DNA of 41,420 nt from a virus (lineage: Duplodnaviria > Caudoviricetes). The DNA is taken from IMG/VR virus record IMGVR_UViG_3300025270_000024, positions 1 to 41,420 of that record, one strand, 5' to 3'. The position numbers and the translations under genes are program-made. Under the pieces are notes generated by a model. That model was not told where the DNA came from. It worked only from the letters and a program-made list of their open reading frames with translations, and ran no database searches. This document shows positions 32,610 through 41,420 of the stretch, in pieces; the first letter of the stretch is position 1, and every line of letters begins with the position of its first letter.

Positions 32610-34059
32610 CTACGACTGGTGGATTCAGCATTCGCATACGGATAGCGCGTTTCTCCTGCTGGCTGATTCGCCTGAACTCTTTGAACAATCAATTTTGTCG
32701 CGGTTGAAAAAAGTCAAGCGCAAACCAGACCAGGGTGTCATCAATCAAGCGACGTATCGAGCGATTCACGAACAGGATCGGTTCGGGTCGATGTCGTCGA
32801 TCCTTGATGCTATTCAGCCTGAGCCAGAGGTGGTTTCCTCTCGCCCTTTTATGGGGAGTTTACGGACTGACCGACACGCTTTACGTGACGATCAGGGTTC
32901 ATTTCCAGCCGTAGGTGTCAGTGCGTTCTGGTCCCCGTGGGCGGTCAAATACAATCCCGGTCAACTGGAACGCCTTGCGGAATGGGCGAGTGGATGTGGG
33001 ATGACGTATGTGCGGTGGTTTGGCGCACATGACTGGCCGGGAGGTATCAATCCTTACAACGGACACAGTGTCGATCCGTCCTACTTCTCACTCATGCAAC
33101 AGACGATTGACTCTCTTGCAGAATATGGTCTGCGCTCTCAGATTACGATGTTTACCAGGCGTAAGATGATCAAGGATGCCGAATCATTGGCGCGAGGATG
33201 GGCCGACCTCGTGAAAGAGAATAGGGATAAGGTCTGCCTCGTTGAGTGTGTGAATGAATGGAACCATACACATAATGATTGGTCGGATAATGAGGTCCGG
33301 TCGGCGTCTGCGGCATTTCAGGAGCGTTGTGATGTTCCATTTGCTTTATCTGCGACTTCCGCTGAGACATGGGAGGACATGAAAGAGCGGTTAACGCATC
33401 TCTATACCGGCTCATCGGCTTCAGCGACAACGATTCATTTCCCTCGTTATCAATCTACACATGAAGGAGCATGGAGATGGGTTCGGCAACCGTGGCATGG
33501 ACGCTGGCCGATTGAAGGATGCCCTGAATTTGTGGTCGATAACGAACACCAACGATGGGATAAAAGCTCTAGCGGAAGAGAAGTCGCGGTGGCTGCGGCG
33601 GCTCCGCTCAATGCCTTTATTGCGGGTTGTGGGATGTCTACACACCATGATGTCTTTGGGGTTCACATCAAAAACGGCGAGTACAGCTCAGACTTGGCCT
33701 CTCAGCGACTCCAGAAGGTCTTATCGAAGGTTATCCCTCTCTTGCCACCTGATGTCGCTAATTGGCAGTCTACGCGGGTTGGTGAGGGTGGTGGCCCACA
33801 TCCATTTCCCTCCCTGTTGAACCAGCAATGGAGTACGGAAGATACGGATACTGGCGTGTCACGCTCATTTGCAGCCGTTCGTGGTGATGATTTTGTCATG
33901 TGCCTGAACGGAGTTCGTGGCTCAGTCACACTCCATGAGTCACATCCCAAAAAATTTCGCGTGATTTCTTTGGACGATGGCGTCACAATTCACGAAGGGC
34001 ATGGGCCGACCATATTAAGCGAGGTTAATGGTCAAGCATTCTACGTAGGGACGATGTAA
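32596..34059 (+). CDS. TIM-barrel glycoside-hydrolase-like protein (clan GH-A type)
   Basis: 'G.TYVRWF', 'A.YGL....T.F', 'ECVNEW', 'TIHFPR', 'VVDNE'. Confidence 0.6.
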   Translation: MKKPDYDWWIQHSHTDSAFLLLADSPELFEQSILSRLKKVKRKPDQGVINQATYRAIHEQDRFGSMSSILDAIQPEPEVVSSRPFMGSLRTDRHALRDDQGSFPAVGVSAFWSPWAVKYNPGQLERLAEWASGCGMTYVRWFGAHDWPGGINPYNGHSVDPSYFSLMQQTIDSLAEYGLRSQITMFTRRKMIKDAESLARGWADLVKENRDKVCLVECVNEWNHTHNDWSDNEVRSASAAFQERCDVPFALSATSAETWEDMKERLTHLYTGSSASATTIHFPRYQSTHEGAWRWVRQPWHGRWPIEGCPEFVVDNEHQRWDKSSSGREVAVAAAAPLNAFIAGCGMSTHHDVFGVHIKNGEYSSDLASQRLQKVLSKVIPLLPPDVANWQSTRVGEGGGPHPFPSLLNQQWSTEDTDTGVSRSFAAVRGDDFVMCLNGVRGSVTLHESHPKKFRVISLDDGVTIHEGHGPTILSEVNGQAFYVGTM

Positions 34060-36113
34060 TGCCCTATCCAATACAGACTCAGGTTTTCAGCGTCTTCATG
34101 GGAACACAGGAGGGGATTCATTCTGTGGCGCTCCCTGCGATCTATTCATCCAGCGGTTCTCGGAATCTCTGGATTGATAAGTTGGGTCGGGCAAAGAAGA
34201 TCCTCGGATACAGCAAACAGAATAGTTCTGCGGTCACAACCAATACCGGGAGTGCAGCCACGCGGTTGCGTGCGCTGAGAGCCTACCGACAAACTGGTGC
34301 GACATTTACTCGCCAGCTTCTCGGTGTGTTTGAAGCCGCTTCAAGCGAGTATGAACTCTGGTATTCGACCAATGATGGTGATTCATGGACGTTTATTGAA
34401 GACTTAGGGAGTGGGTCCGTGGGGTCTATCCCCGATTTTGCTCAAGTCGATAACACATTGTTCTTTACGAATGGCGTTGTAGCCCCTCAGTCGTGGAACG
34501 GCTCATCGCTGTCCACTGCTGGTCCCGGCTCAAAGTCCCCGACTCCTACTGCTGCCATTCCAGATCCGGTAGTTGTGGGTCAATTAAATGGCGGGTATAG
34601 CTGGAAACTTGTGAGTGTTGACGCCTCAGAAACACGGTCAGCGGGGTCTACGACCTCAAACATTATCCAGTTACAGGATGAACAGGCCAATCTTTCGTGG
34701 TTAGCTGATGCCGATACTGATATTACGGGATATGAGCTATACCGGACGACTGGCACAGGCGCGACATTCTATTTTGTCACGTATATTGACGGTCGAACGA
34801 CACTTGCTTATACCGACAACGCCTCAGACCTTGATATTTTAGAGAATCGGTCACTTCAGGAGCATGGCGATGCTCCACCAACCGGGAGTTATTTCTGTGA
34901 GCCACACAAACAACGCCTCTGGTGGGGACGAACCAATACCAATCCTCGACGAGTCGCATGGTCAGATCCAGGTTTACCCGATCAGGTGGGAGCGAATAAC
35001 TACCTTGATTTCACAGACCAGAGTACCGTCGGGGATGTCGTCACAGGGTTGGTGGGGGATTTCGAGGGTATGCTGGTCGTGTTCTGTGAGCGTTCCATCT
35101 GGACGGTCACTGGCACTGGTCAAATAGTCTCAGACATTATGGACTGGACCCGCACGAAGTCAAATGCGGTGACAGGGTGTGTCTCGCATCGTTCTGTGAT
35201 TCGTGTGCCGGCAGGAGCCGTCTATACGGATTCAAGCGGAAATCAGGTATCCACAAGTCGTGTGATGTTGTCCTATATGACTCCCCTCGGAGACATTCGA
35301 TTATTCGACGGCAACAACGATATTGTTATTAGCACACCAGTGAAAGAAACTCTTAAAGATTTTCTGTATACCCAACACAAAAAGGTTCACGCGGTTCACG
35401 ACATTGAAAACGCGCATGTGGTCTATTTCTGGCCGGGAACGACACCCTCTGGAGAAGATGCGGAATGCAACAAAGCCGTTGTCTGGAACTATCGGTGGGG
35501 TGTCTGGTATGTCTGGCCTGATATGCCGATGTCGGCATCTACCACGATTGAAACCAGCACAGATACCCAAATTGTCCTGACTGGAGAAGCGCAGACAAGC
35601 AAGGGCGGGTTCTGCTACCAATTTTTCAACGGGGATAGTTTTGATGGCTCAAACATTCCATCCAGGTGGATGACGAAGGTCATATACGGCACTGACAATA
35701 GCTGGAGTACTCGCACGCCTCAAGCTCAGATGGCGTATATCAAGCGATATCGCTGGCTGGATGTAATTGCTGAAGCAGATGCCGATGTGACGCTCAATAT
35801 TGAATGGATGGGTGGATCGGCGTCCGATGAAGCTGTGGCGAGAGGTGGGGCAAGTCAATCACTTGAACCGTTGTCCATGCAGTTGATTACCTCAGACGGC
35901 AATGGGATACAGACGGTCGCAGAAAGTAATATCGTGCTGCCGGTGGACTCTGTGCAAAGTATTATTAATCTTGAAGGCACGAATGGCGATTACATTCAGG
36001 ATGTCGGGTGTCGAATCCGTATTAGTGACGATTCTCAAAATGGGTCGTGGAGTCTTGAGGGGATGACTCTAGGGTATCAGTTGTTACCAGGAGCCACGCG
36101 GAGGTTACAGTGA
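34059..36113 (+). CDS. Tail nozzle / DNA stabilisation protein (P22 gp10-like)
   Basis: Beta-rich 684 aa; 'RL.W', 'V.WSD...P', 'VTGL...LVVF.ERSIW', 'YR...W'. Confidence 0.75.
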   Translation: MPYPIQTQVFSVFMGTQEGIHSVALPAIYSSSGSRNLWIDKLGRAKKILGYSKQNSSAVTTNTGSAATRLRALRAYRQTGATFTRQLLGVFEAASSEYELWYSTNDGDSWTFIEDLGSGSVGSIPDFAQVDNTLFFTNGVVAPQSWNGSSLSTAGPGSKSPTPTAAIPDPVVVGQLNGGYSWKLVSVDASETRSAGSTTSNIIQLQDEQANLSWLADADTDITGYELYRTTGTGATFYFVTYIDGRTTLAYTDNASDLDILENRSLQEHGDAPPTGSYFCEPHKQRLWWGRTNTNPRRVAWSDPGLPDQVGANNYLDFTDQSTVGDVVTGLVGDFEGMLVVFCERSIWTVTGTGQIVSDIMDWTRTKSNAVTGCVSHRSVIRVPAGAVYTDSSGNQVSTSRVMLSYMTPLGDIRLFDGNNDIVISTPVKETLKDFLYTQHKKVHAVHDIENAHVVYFWPGTTPSGEDAECNKAVVWNYRWGVWYVWPDMPMSASTTIETSTDTQIVLTGEAQTSKGGFCYQFFNGDSFDGSNIPSRWMTKVIYGTDNSWSTRTPQAQMAYIKRYRWLDVIAEADADVTLNIEWMGGSASDEAVARGGASQSLEPLSMQLITSDGNGIQTVAESNIVLPVDSVQSIINLEGTNGDYIQDVGCRIRISDDSQNGSWSLEGMTLGYQLLPGATRRLQ

Positions 36114-36137
36114 TGGTAATGTCCCGCTCTCAAGCCT

Positions 36138-37304
36138 ATGTCAAAACGAATTTGCCCTATATGTAAGAAAAATCCACTTATTCATCCAAAAGCCAAGCGT
36201 TGTGGGGAGTGTTATCACAAACGGATTGGTATTAAATCTACAGCGAAACAGTGGAATTGCTTAAACTGTAAGAAGAAGTGCGCCAAGCACTCGACGCTCT
36301 GTTCTAAGTGCCACCGGAGTAGAGGGCCGTACACAGAAAATAGTCGCGTCCTGCGAAGACAAAAAAACGAACTCCTTAAAGAACTCGCCCAAGAAACTAT
36401 TCGGCAACCGCTCAGAACTTTTGAGGAGTCATGGAAGAAGTGGCAGGAAACTATTGGCATGATGAAGGATCGCTATCGCGGTCCTGCCAAGCTGAGAAAG
36501 AAGAATTCAAACAGGAAGCGTATTCTCGTCATCCCTGACCTCCATATTCCTTTCCATGACCCTGAGATGGTGGCGGCAATGCTGGCAAAAGAGGCAGGTC
36601 ATGTCGATCTTGCTATTTGTATTGGTGATATTGGGGATGCTTATAGTCACTCTCGGTTTGCGAAGTATGAGAATGTTCCGTATTCGCATGAATGGGCTGA
36701 AGTCACGGCTCTGATGCAGACATTCTCTGAGTCATTCCCGAAGGTCAAGGTCATTGTCGGCAACCATGATGCGAGATTGCGGAAAGCGATTGCTACTCAC
36801 CTGACCGTTGATATGGTTGAGGCTATTTCGTCCATGACAGGAGGAACACTATGTCCTATTACGGCCTTATCGAAGAAATTCCCCAATATCGAGGTCGCAA
36901 AGCATGAGGTTCCCAATACCAGCCACTCTATTGATTGGCTTTTGGTGGAGGGCGATGCGCTCCTTGCTCATCCCGAAAAATACAGCCGTGTGCCGGGAAG
37001 TGCGCTGCGATTTTTTCAAGAATGGGCAGCGGATAACTCAGCAGCGATAGGACTAGACGCTATTCGGCTCGTGGTGATGGGGCATACGCATACGATGGCG
37101 GTGTTTCCGTGGCGATCTGACTCATTACTGGTCGAATGTGGGTGTTTGTGTAAGACGCAGGGATATATGACTGGCGCACGGATTGGTGGCCGTCCACAAC
37201 GACGGGGTTATATTTGGTTTGAGCAGGAAAATGGGGTTACTGACTTAAATAGTGTTGGATGGAGATGGTTTGATGTCGAAGACGGGCCGTGGCGCAAAAA
37301 ATAA
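36138..37304 (+). CDS. Calcineurin-like metallophosphoesterase with N-terminal Cys-rich Zn domain
   Basis: 'PDLHIP', 'GDIGD', 'GNHD', 'AH', 'GHTH', 'GCLC'; four CxxC pairs at the N-terminus. Confidence 0.88.
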   Translation: MSKRICPICKKNPLIHPKAKRCGECYHKRIGIKSTAKQWNCLNCKKKCAKHSTLCSKCHRSRGPYTENSRVLRRQKNELLKELAQETIRQPLRTFEESWKKWQETIGMMKDRYRGPAKLRKKNSNRKRILVIPDLHIPFHDPEMVAAMLAKEAGHVDLAICIGDIGDAYSHSRFAKYENVPYSHEWAEVTALMQTFSESFPKVKVIVGNHDARLRKAIATHLTVDMVEAISSMTGGTLCPITALSKKFPNIEVAKHEVPNTSHSIDWLLVEGDALLAHPEKYSRVPGSALRFFQEWAADNSAAIGLDAIRLVVMGHTHTMAVFPWRSDSLLVECGCLCKTQGYMTGARIGGRPQRRGYIWFEQENGVTDLNSVGWRWFDVEDGPWRKK

Positions 37305-37614
37305 GAATTTGTGGTTGCGTCTCTGTGTTGAGCTAGGAGCCGCACCGATTACCGAAGCCTACTTGTCCTCTGATTACGAGTATGTAGATGGTATGTGTGA
37401 GGACGACTCTATTACGATTGCTCCTCACAACCATATTGTAGATACAGTGATCCATGAGCTACTGCATCGCTTATATCCGAAGCGATCTGAGCGTTCGATA
37501 CGCAGAACAACGAGTATGTTGCGAAAAACACTTACAGATGAAGAGGTGCAATGGTTCTATGACGAATACCAGCGCAGAAAACAGACCGGAAAAGCCAGGA
37601 ATGCCGACATTTAA
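37273..37614 (+). CDS. Small HEXXH Zn-metallopeptidase-like protein
   Basis: 'G.C....I.I......T.IHELLH....SE'. Confidence 0.65.
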   Translation: MSKTGRGAKNKNLWLRLCVELGAAPITEAYLSSDYEYVDGMCEDDSITIAPHNHIVDTVIHELLHRLYPKRSERSIRRTTSMLRKTLTDEEVQWFYDEYQRRKQTGKARNADI

Positions 37615-37888
37615 CGGCATTGCTACACCAAAAGAGCATATTTCGAGCATTCTTGGATGGCTCTCAGGTGTGATGACAGGAAAATACCATCGAGGCCAGA
37701 AAGAACATGGTGGGAGTCTCTGGCAAAAACCAGGCGCACTAGCAAACCTCGAAGAAGAGATTATGGATCTACCGGTGTATTACAAGACGGCAAAAGACCA
37801 GCTTCGTCAGATGGCGATAGAAGGTCGAAGCGCGGCAGAAGCCTACGAGTGGTTATACGGAGAACTACCAACGAGTAATAGAGAATGA
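37601..37888 (+). CDS. All-alpha NTP pyrophosphatase/MazG-superfamily-like small protein
   Basis: 'KY..G..EHG..L......LEEEI.DL.VY'. Confidence 0.5.
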   Translation: MPTFNGIATPKEHISSILGWLSGVMTGKYHRGQKEHGGSLWQKPGALANLEEEIMDLPVYYKTAKDQLRQMAIEGRSAAEAYEWLYGELPTSNRE

Positions 37889-38127
37889 GGGAGTTTTTTG
37901 ATATTTTCTGTCGTGGGTTCCTGATTGTGGCCTTAATTTCCCTGAATACCATTCAGTTATCACAGGGGAGTTGGGCTGCTCCGTTTGTGGGGTTTTGTAT
38001 TGCGGTGGTCTGGTGGGTTAATGCGAGGACAGCCAGTAAAGTTGATGGTATTCTTGCAGTTATGGCCTACGCATCTGGTTCAGCTTGTGGAACAGCGATG
38101 GGACTCTGGCTTGGTGGGATGGGGTGA
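37885..38127 (+). CDS. Small 3-TM membrane protein
   Basis: Hydrophobic; 'YA.G...GT..G.WL'. Confidence 0.6.
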   Translation: MREFFDIFCRGFLIVALISLNTIQLSQGSWAAPFVGFCIAVVWWVNARTASKVDGILAVMAYASGSACGTAMGLWLGGMG

Positions 38128-38130
38128 TTT

Positions 38131-38877
38131 ATGTCGGATACGGACTTTGATCGTTTTAATATCTCTCGCCCTCCACAGCGGAGGGGGTTAACAGAAAGAC
38201 AAATACAAGAGCTTTTAAGTTCTGAACCAGTGGATGAGGCTGGAATGCCTCTCGGTCCAGGCACGATTGTTAATTTGTTGAGGTTAGGGAAAAGTGTCCC
38301 CGGTGTATTCCGCAGACTCAGAGGTATGTTTTCTGGACGACCGCAATCGACTGCTCCATCAAATACTCTCAGGGATGTTGTACTTAGCGATAAACCAGTA
38401 AATCTAAGCCGTCGCGGATTTTTTACGAAACCTGTCCAGACCGCTGTTGATATACCACAGGCATTACGAGAAATAGGCATTTCAGAGGAATCCATCCGTA
38501 GTGGAGATGAAGTTGGCGTGTGGCCTGAACCTGGTTCTATGTTGGAGAAACTGGATCATAAGGCACTGGATACGGCGATGAAATCAGATATCGACGATTA
38601 CGATACTGGGCCTGATGCTAGCGATAGACTGCGAGAAGTAATTGAAAAGAAGATTGTAAGGACTGGGTATAGGCCTAAAAGTTACGAGGGGCCAGGTGGC
38701 CTTATCCGTGATTTTGAGACAATGATGAGAGTTTATAGGGATCAGGCTCTTAAAGAAGCAGCGGAGAAGGCTGGTCGATCATTAGAGGAGCAGATAAAAA
38801 TCGAGTTAGAGGAGGCAGATAAGCCGGGAGTGGTGGCTAAAGCTGCCGATGAGATCCGTCGGAGATATAAGCGATAA
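38131..38877 (+). CDS. Hypothetical protein
   Basis: 248 aa ORF, TAATG-coupled to the next gene. Confidence 0.55.
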   Translation: MSDTDFDRFNISRPPQRRGLTERQIQELLSSEPVDEAGMPLGPGTIVNLLRLGKSVPGVFRRLRGMFSGRPQSTAPSNTLRDVVLSDKPVNLSRRGFFTKPVQTAVDIPQALREIGISEESIRSGDEVGVWPEPGSMLEKLDHKALDTAMKSDIDDYDTGPDASDRLREVIEKKIVRTGYRPKSYEGPGGLIRDFETMMRVYRDQALKEAAEKAGRSLEEQIKIELEEADKPGVVAKAADEIRRRYKR

Positions 38878-39410
38878 TGGCACGTTCTAATATCCCGCTC
38901 GATTTCCCTGTTCCAGATTTCGCCCGTATTCGTGAGGAAACAGGTGTGGTCACGGAACAGGCCATGCGTGCCATGTATTTCAATGCGATTGATACCCGTC
39001 GCAGGGTGCAACGGATTCAGCAGGAGCTAGGATGGCACAGCGCACCGTTCGCAGCAGGGAATTTCACAGCAAATTCAGGCACATGGACCGTCGAGGCGGC
39101 AGATCAGAAACTCTTGCAATACATCAAGGTCGGCCAGTTCGTGACGATCAACTTCTTTCTGGAAGACACGACAACCGGCTCAGGGATGGGGAACGAACTG
39201 AGGATACAGATTCCGAAGGGGTTGAAGGCCACCGCCACGACGTTTACGGGACCGCTCATTATCAAAGGGTCGGTCGATACGGAAGGCTATATTACCACCG
39301 GGGGAACCGATAAGCTCTATTGCTATCGGACGGATCATAGTTCCTGGCCGTCCAGTATTACGAATAATGTTGACATTCGAGGAATGATTAGCTTCCAGAC
39401 ATCTCAGTAG
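38877..39410 (+). CDS. Putative tail-associated protein
   Basis: 'Y.K.G..V...F', 'L.I..P' beta motifs typical of fibre C-termini. Confidence 0.5.
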   Translation: MARSNIPLDFPVPDFARIREETGVVTEQAMRAMYFNAIDTRRRVQRIQQELGWHSAPFAAGNFTANSGTWTVEAADQKLLQYIKVGQFVTINFFLEDTTTGSGMGNELRIQIPKGLKATATTFTGPLIIKGSVDTEGYITTGGTDKLYCYRTDHSSWPSSITNNVDIRGMISFQTSQ

Positions 39411-39430
39411 GTATACTCGTAAACGGAGCA

Positions 39431-39889
39431 ATGTCAGATATTCTCCTTCGGTCTTATGGTGTCGGTGATCCACCACGGATTGTAAAGTGGTATGCCAAAG
39501 ACCGAAAAGGGTTCGAGTCGTTTATGGGGCAGGTCGTTCCAGATGAACTGGCTTGCACGATGGCGATTACATCGTTATTGAATGCGGTGAACAACAATGT
39601 GGCCTTGTTTTACATGATAGATCACGGGGACCAGACGATTGGGTTTACAGGGTTGACGAATATCACGCCAAGTCGTGATTTCGGGCAACCGCACATTTAT
39701 ATTGAACCTGATTCGCGTCGGTATAGTTTGCAAGCAGCTCACGCTGCTGAAAATCATGCTGTGCAAATAGGGATTAAGCACTTTATGATTTCAGTAGATT
39801 ACGACAATAAACGAGGGTTGGCGTTAGCGAAAAAGCTCGGCTTTAATGAAGTCCAGCGAAAAGCCTTCCTCAAGGAGTTACACGTATGA
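39431..39889 (+). CDS. GNAT-fold protein
   Basis: 'IGF.GL', 'V..DN.....L..KLGF'. Confidence 0.75.
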   Translation: MSDILLRSYGVGDPPRIVKWYAKDRKGFESFMGQVVPDELACTMAITSLLNAVNNNVALFYMIDHGDQTIGFTGLTNITPSRDFGQPHIYIEPDSRRYSLQAAHAAENHAVQIGIKHFMISVDYDNKRGLALAKKLGFNEVQRKAFLKELHV

Positions 39890-40560
39890 GTGGCACAGAA
39901 TCAGCGTGGTTTCCGTGGGTTATGGGTGGCGCGAGAGGCGTCGGGGGGTATTTAGCCGGTGGTGGTGACGATGACAAGATCGTCGGGATGCCATTGCGAG
40001 GGACTCCCTATTATGCTCCAGAACTTTACCAACGAATGATGGGGGATCTTGGTACTGTTGGCGCTGTCGGCGCACAACGGGCTTCAAGAGATGTGTCCTT
40101 ACCAAGCGCAGTTGTGCAGCAACCCCCAATGATAAAGGGACCGTTATTTGCTGATGTGGGTCTGACGGGAATGGACCCTGCGTTACGTCGTCCAGAGTTA
40201 TTGCGTCGGAGTGGCGTTGATTGGGGAGACAACCCCCCATTCGGGCAGGAAGTCAGCGGTGATACGGTCTATAAGACTGCGACACAAGAGAATCCTCCAC
40301 AACCGATGCTCGGAGGAGGGTTTCAGGAGATTGAAGACGCGCTTGGATTGATTGGTGTCACACGAGATGCGAATAATATGCTGACATTTGCAACAAATCA
40401 GTTCGATCCCACTCCTGCACAGTTGAGCTTGGAGAGAAAGAGAACTGGAAAGCGTCGAGGCGGCGGTAGTCAGGGACAGAATGAAGGCCAATATCCTTCA
40501 GGCGAAAATCCAGGCGATCAGGGAGAATCTGGTGGTTCCACCAGCGGTATATATAGTTAA
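39886..40560 (+). CDS. Putative internal virion protein
   Basis: Gly-rich N-terminus; follows GNAT, as in T7/P22-like ejection modules. Confidence 0.5.
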   Translation: MSGTESAWFPWVMGGARGVGGYLAGGGDDDKIVGMPLRGTPYYAPELYQRMMGDLGTVGAVGAQRASRDVSLPSAVVQQPPMIKGPLFADVGLTGMDPALRRPELLRRSGVDWGDNPPFGQEVSGDTVYKTATQENPPQPMLGGGFQEIEDALGLIGVTRDANNMLTFATNQFDPTPAQLSLERKRTGKRRGGGSQGQNEGQYPSGENPGDQGESGGSTSGIYS

Positions 40561-40569
40561 GGCATAGCT

Positions 40570-41420
40570 ATGGCGAATGGAAAATACGACTACCAAGACT
40601 ACCTTACCAATCTTGACGAAGTAATCGCTGATTATGATTACGAGGGGCAGGGTATAGCTCCAGGGACATATGACGAAGGTTCTCCTTTTTGGGATGACAT
40701 TGTTGGCGCTTATCAAGCTGGCAATACGGCACCAATGCCTTCTGATGCCGATATTGGTCACGGATATTACAATGTGTTGGCTGAAGGCAAGGACATTGGT
40801 GATATTTGGGGGGTTCAGACACCTGATACTGGTGGTGGTGCTAGAAGATATAAACCAGGTTTAGATCCACGACAGGCTGGATACGATGAGTGGTTGAATC
40901 CAGAGAGCGGGATAGATCAACGGTCCTTACAAGACTACGGGTTCGTAGACAAAAACAGGACTTTTGGTGGCATAACTCAGGAATTAGGCGAGCAATATCA
41001 AGCTCAACACGGTAGAGAAGCCGGTGAACGTGATATCTGGCATGGACTTTATGGTCATCTGATGGAGGATTACCCTCTTCAGGGGATTTACAGTCCAGAC
41101 AGGACTCGCGGTAGTGGCGGTGGTGGGGGGATGTATGACCTCACGCCAGAGAACATCAGCTTTCTTGAGCAAAATACTCCACTCGATGCAGGGTGGGGGA
41201 GTGGGTTTCAGCGTATTGCTGAGAATTACGACCCAAATCGTGCTGGTTTCGCTGAGTTTTTAGCAGATATGACCGGTGCGGGTCTTCCGTATACCGAATC
41301 AGGCGGTTCTGGCTCCCTTCAGTTTGGTGGCGGTGGGCCAATCATCGACATTATGCGGAACTACGGAACAGGTGGGGACGCATGGCAGTATCTCTTGCCA
41401 GAAACCACTCCTCCCGGCGG
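40570..41420 (+). CDS. Internal virion protein, N-terminal part (runs off the window end; not in ORF track)
   Basis: MANGKYDYQDYLTNLDE... open for 283 codons with no stop. Confidence 0.65.
   Translation, partial: MANGKYDYQDYLTNLDEVIADYDYEGQGIAPGTYDEGSPFWDDIVGAYQAGNTAPMPSDADIGHGYYNVLAEGKDIGDIWGVQTPDTGGGARRYKPGLDPRQAGYDEWLNPESGIDQRSLQDYGFVDKNRTFGGITQELGEQYQAQHGREAGERDIWHGLYGHLMEDYPLQGIYSPDRTRGSGGGGGMYDLTPENISFLEQNTPLDAGWGSGFQRIAENYDPNRAGFAEFLADMTGAGLPYTESGGSGSLQFGGGGPIIDIMRNYGTGGDAWQYLLPETTPPG

Noticed and set aside
41395-41401. Terminal direct repeat TTGCCAG matching bases 1-7
   Set aside because: Only 7 nt and not at the very end.

Overview
This window is a near-complete ~41.4 kb tailed phage genome of podovirus/P22-like type, linearised inside an internal-virion (ejection) protein gene. 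The + strand arm (19.5 kb to the end, continuing at 1-6.2 kb) carries terminase, portal, scaffold, major capsid, adaptor, tail fibre, a GH-like protein, tail nozzle, an inserted 4-5 gene enzyme module, GNAT, ejection proteins, an SLT transglycosylase and holin-like genes. The - strand arm (19.1 to 6.2 kb) carries many small early genes, an M15 peptidase, ERF, a PD-(D/E)XK nuclease, a replication initiator, HNH, a PAPS-reductase-like enzyme, VRR-NUC and an LmbU-like regulator. I saw no integrase, DNA polymerase, reverse transcriptase, tRNA or CRISPR array. The main finding has two parts. First, nine early genes share a start-associated motif, GGAG-N1-3-ACTGG(C/T)(G/A)ATG. Second, a ~92-nt intergenic RNA at 9089-9180 (- strand) folds into a three-way junction that presents UCGCCAG in a loop plus an anti-SD CUCCUU. 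That sequence is complementary to the motif and resembles the 16S rRNA 3' end, making it a candidate phage sRNA that controls translation of the early genes as a group. Annotations come from motif recognition and gene order only; no database searches were run.
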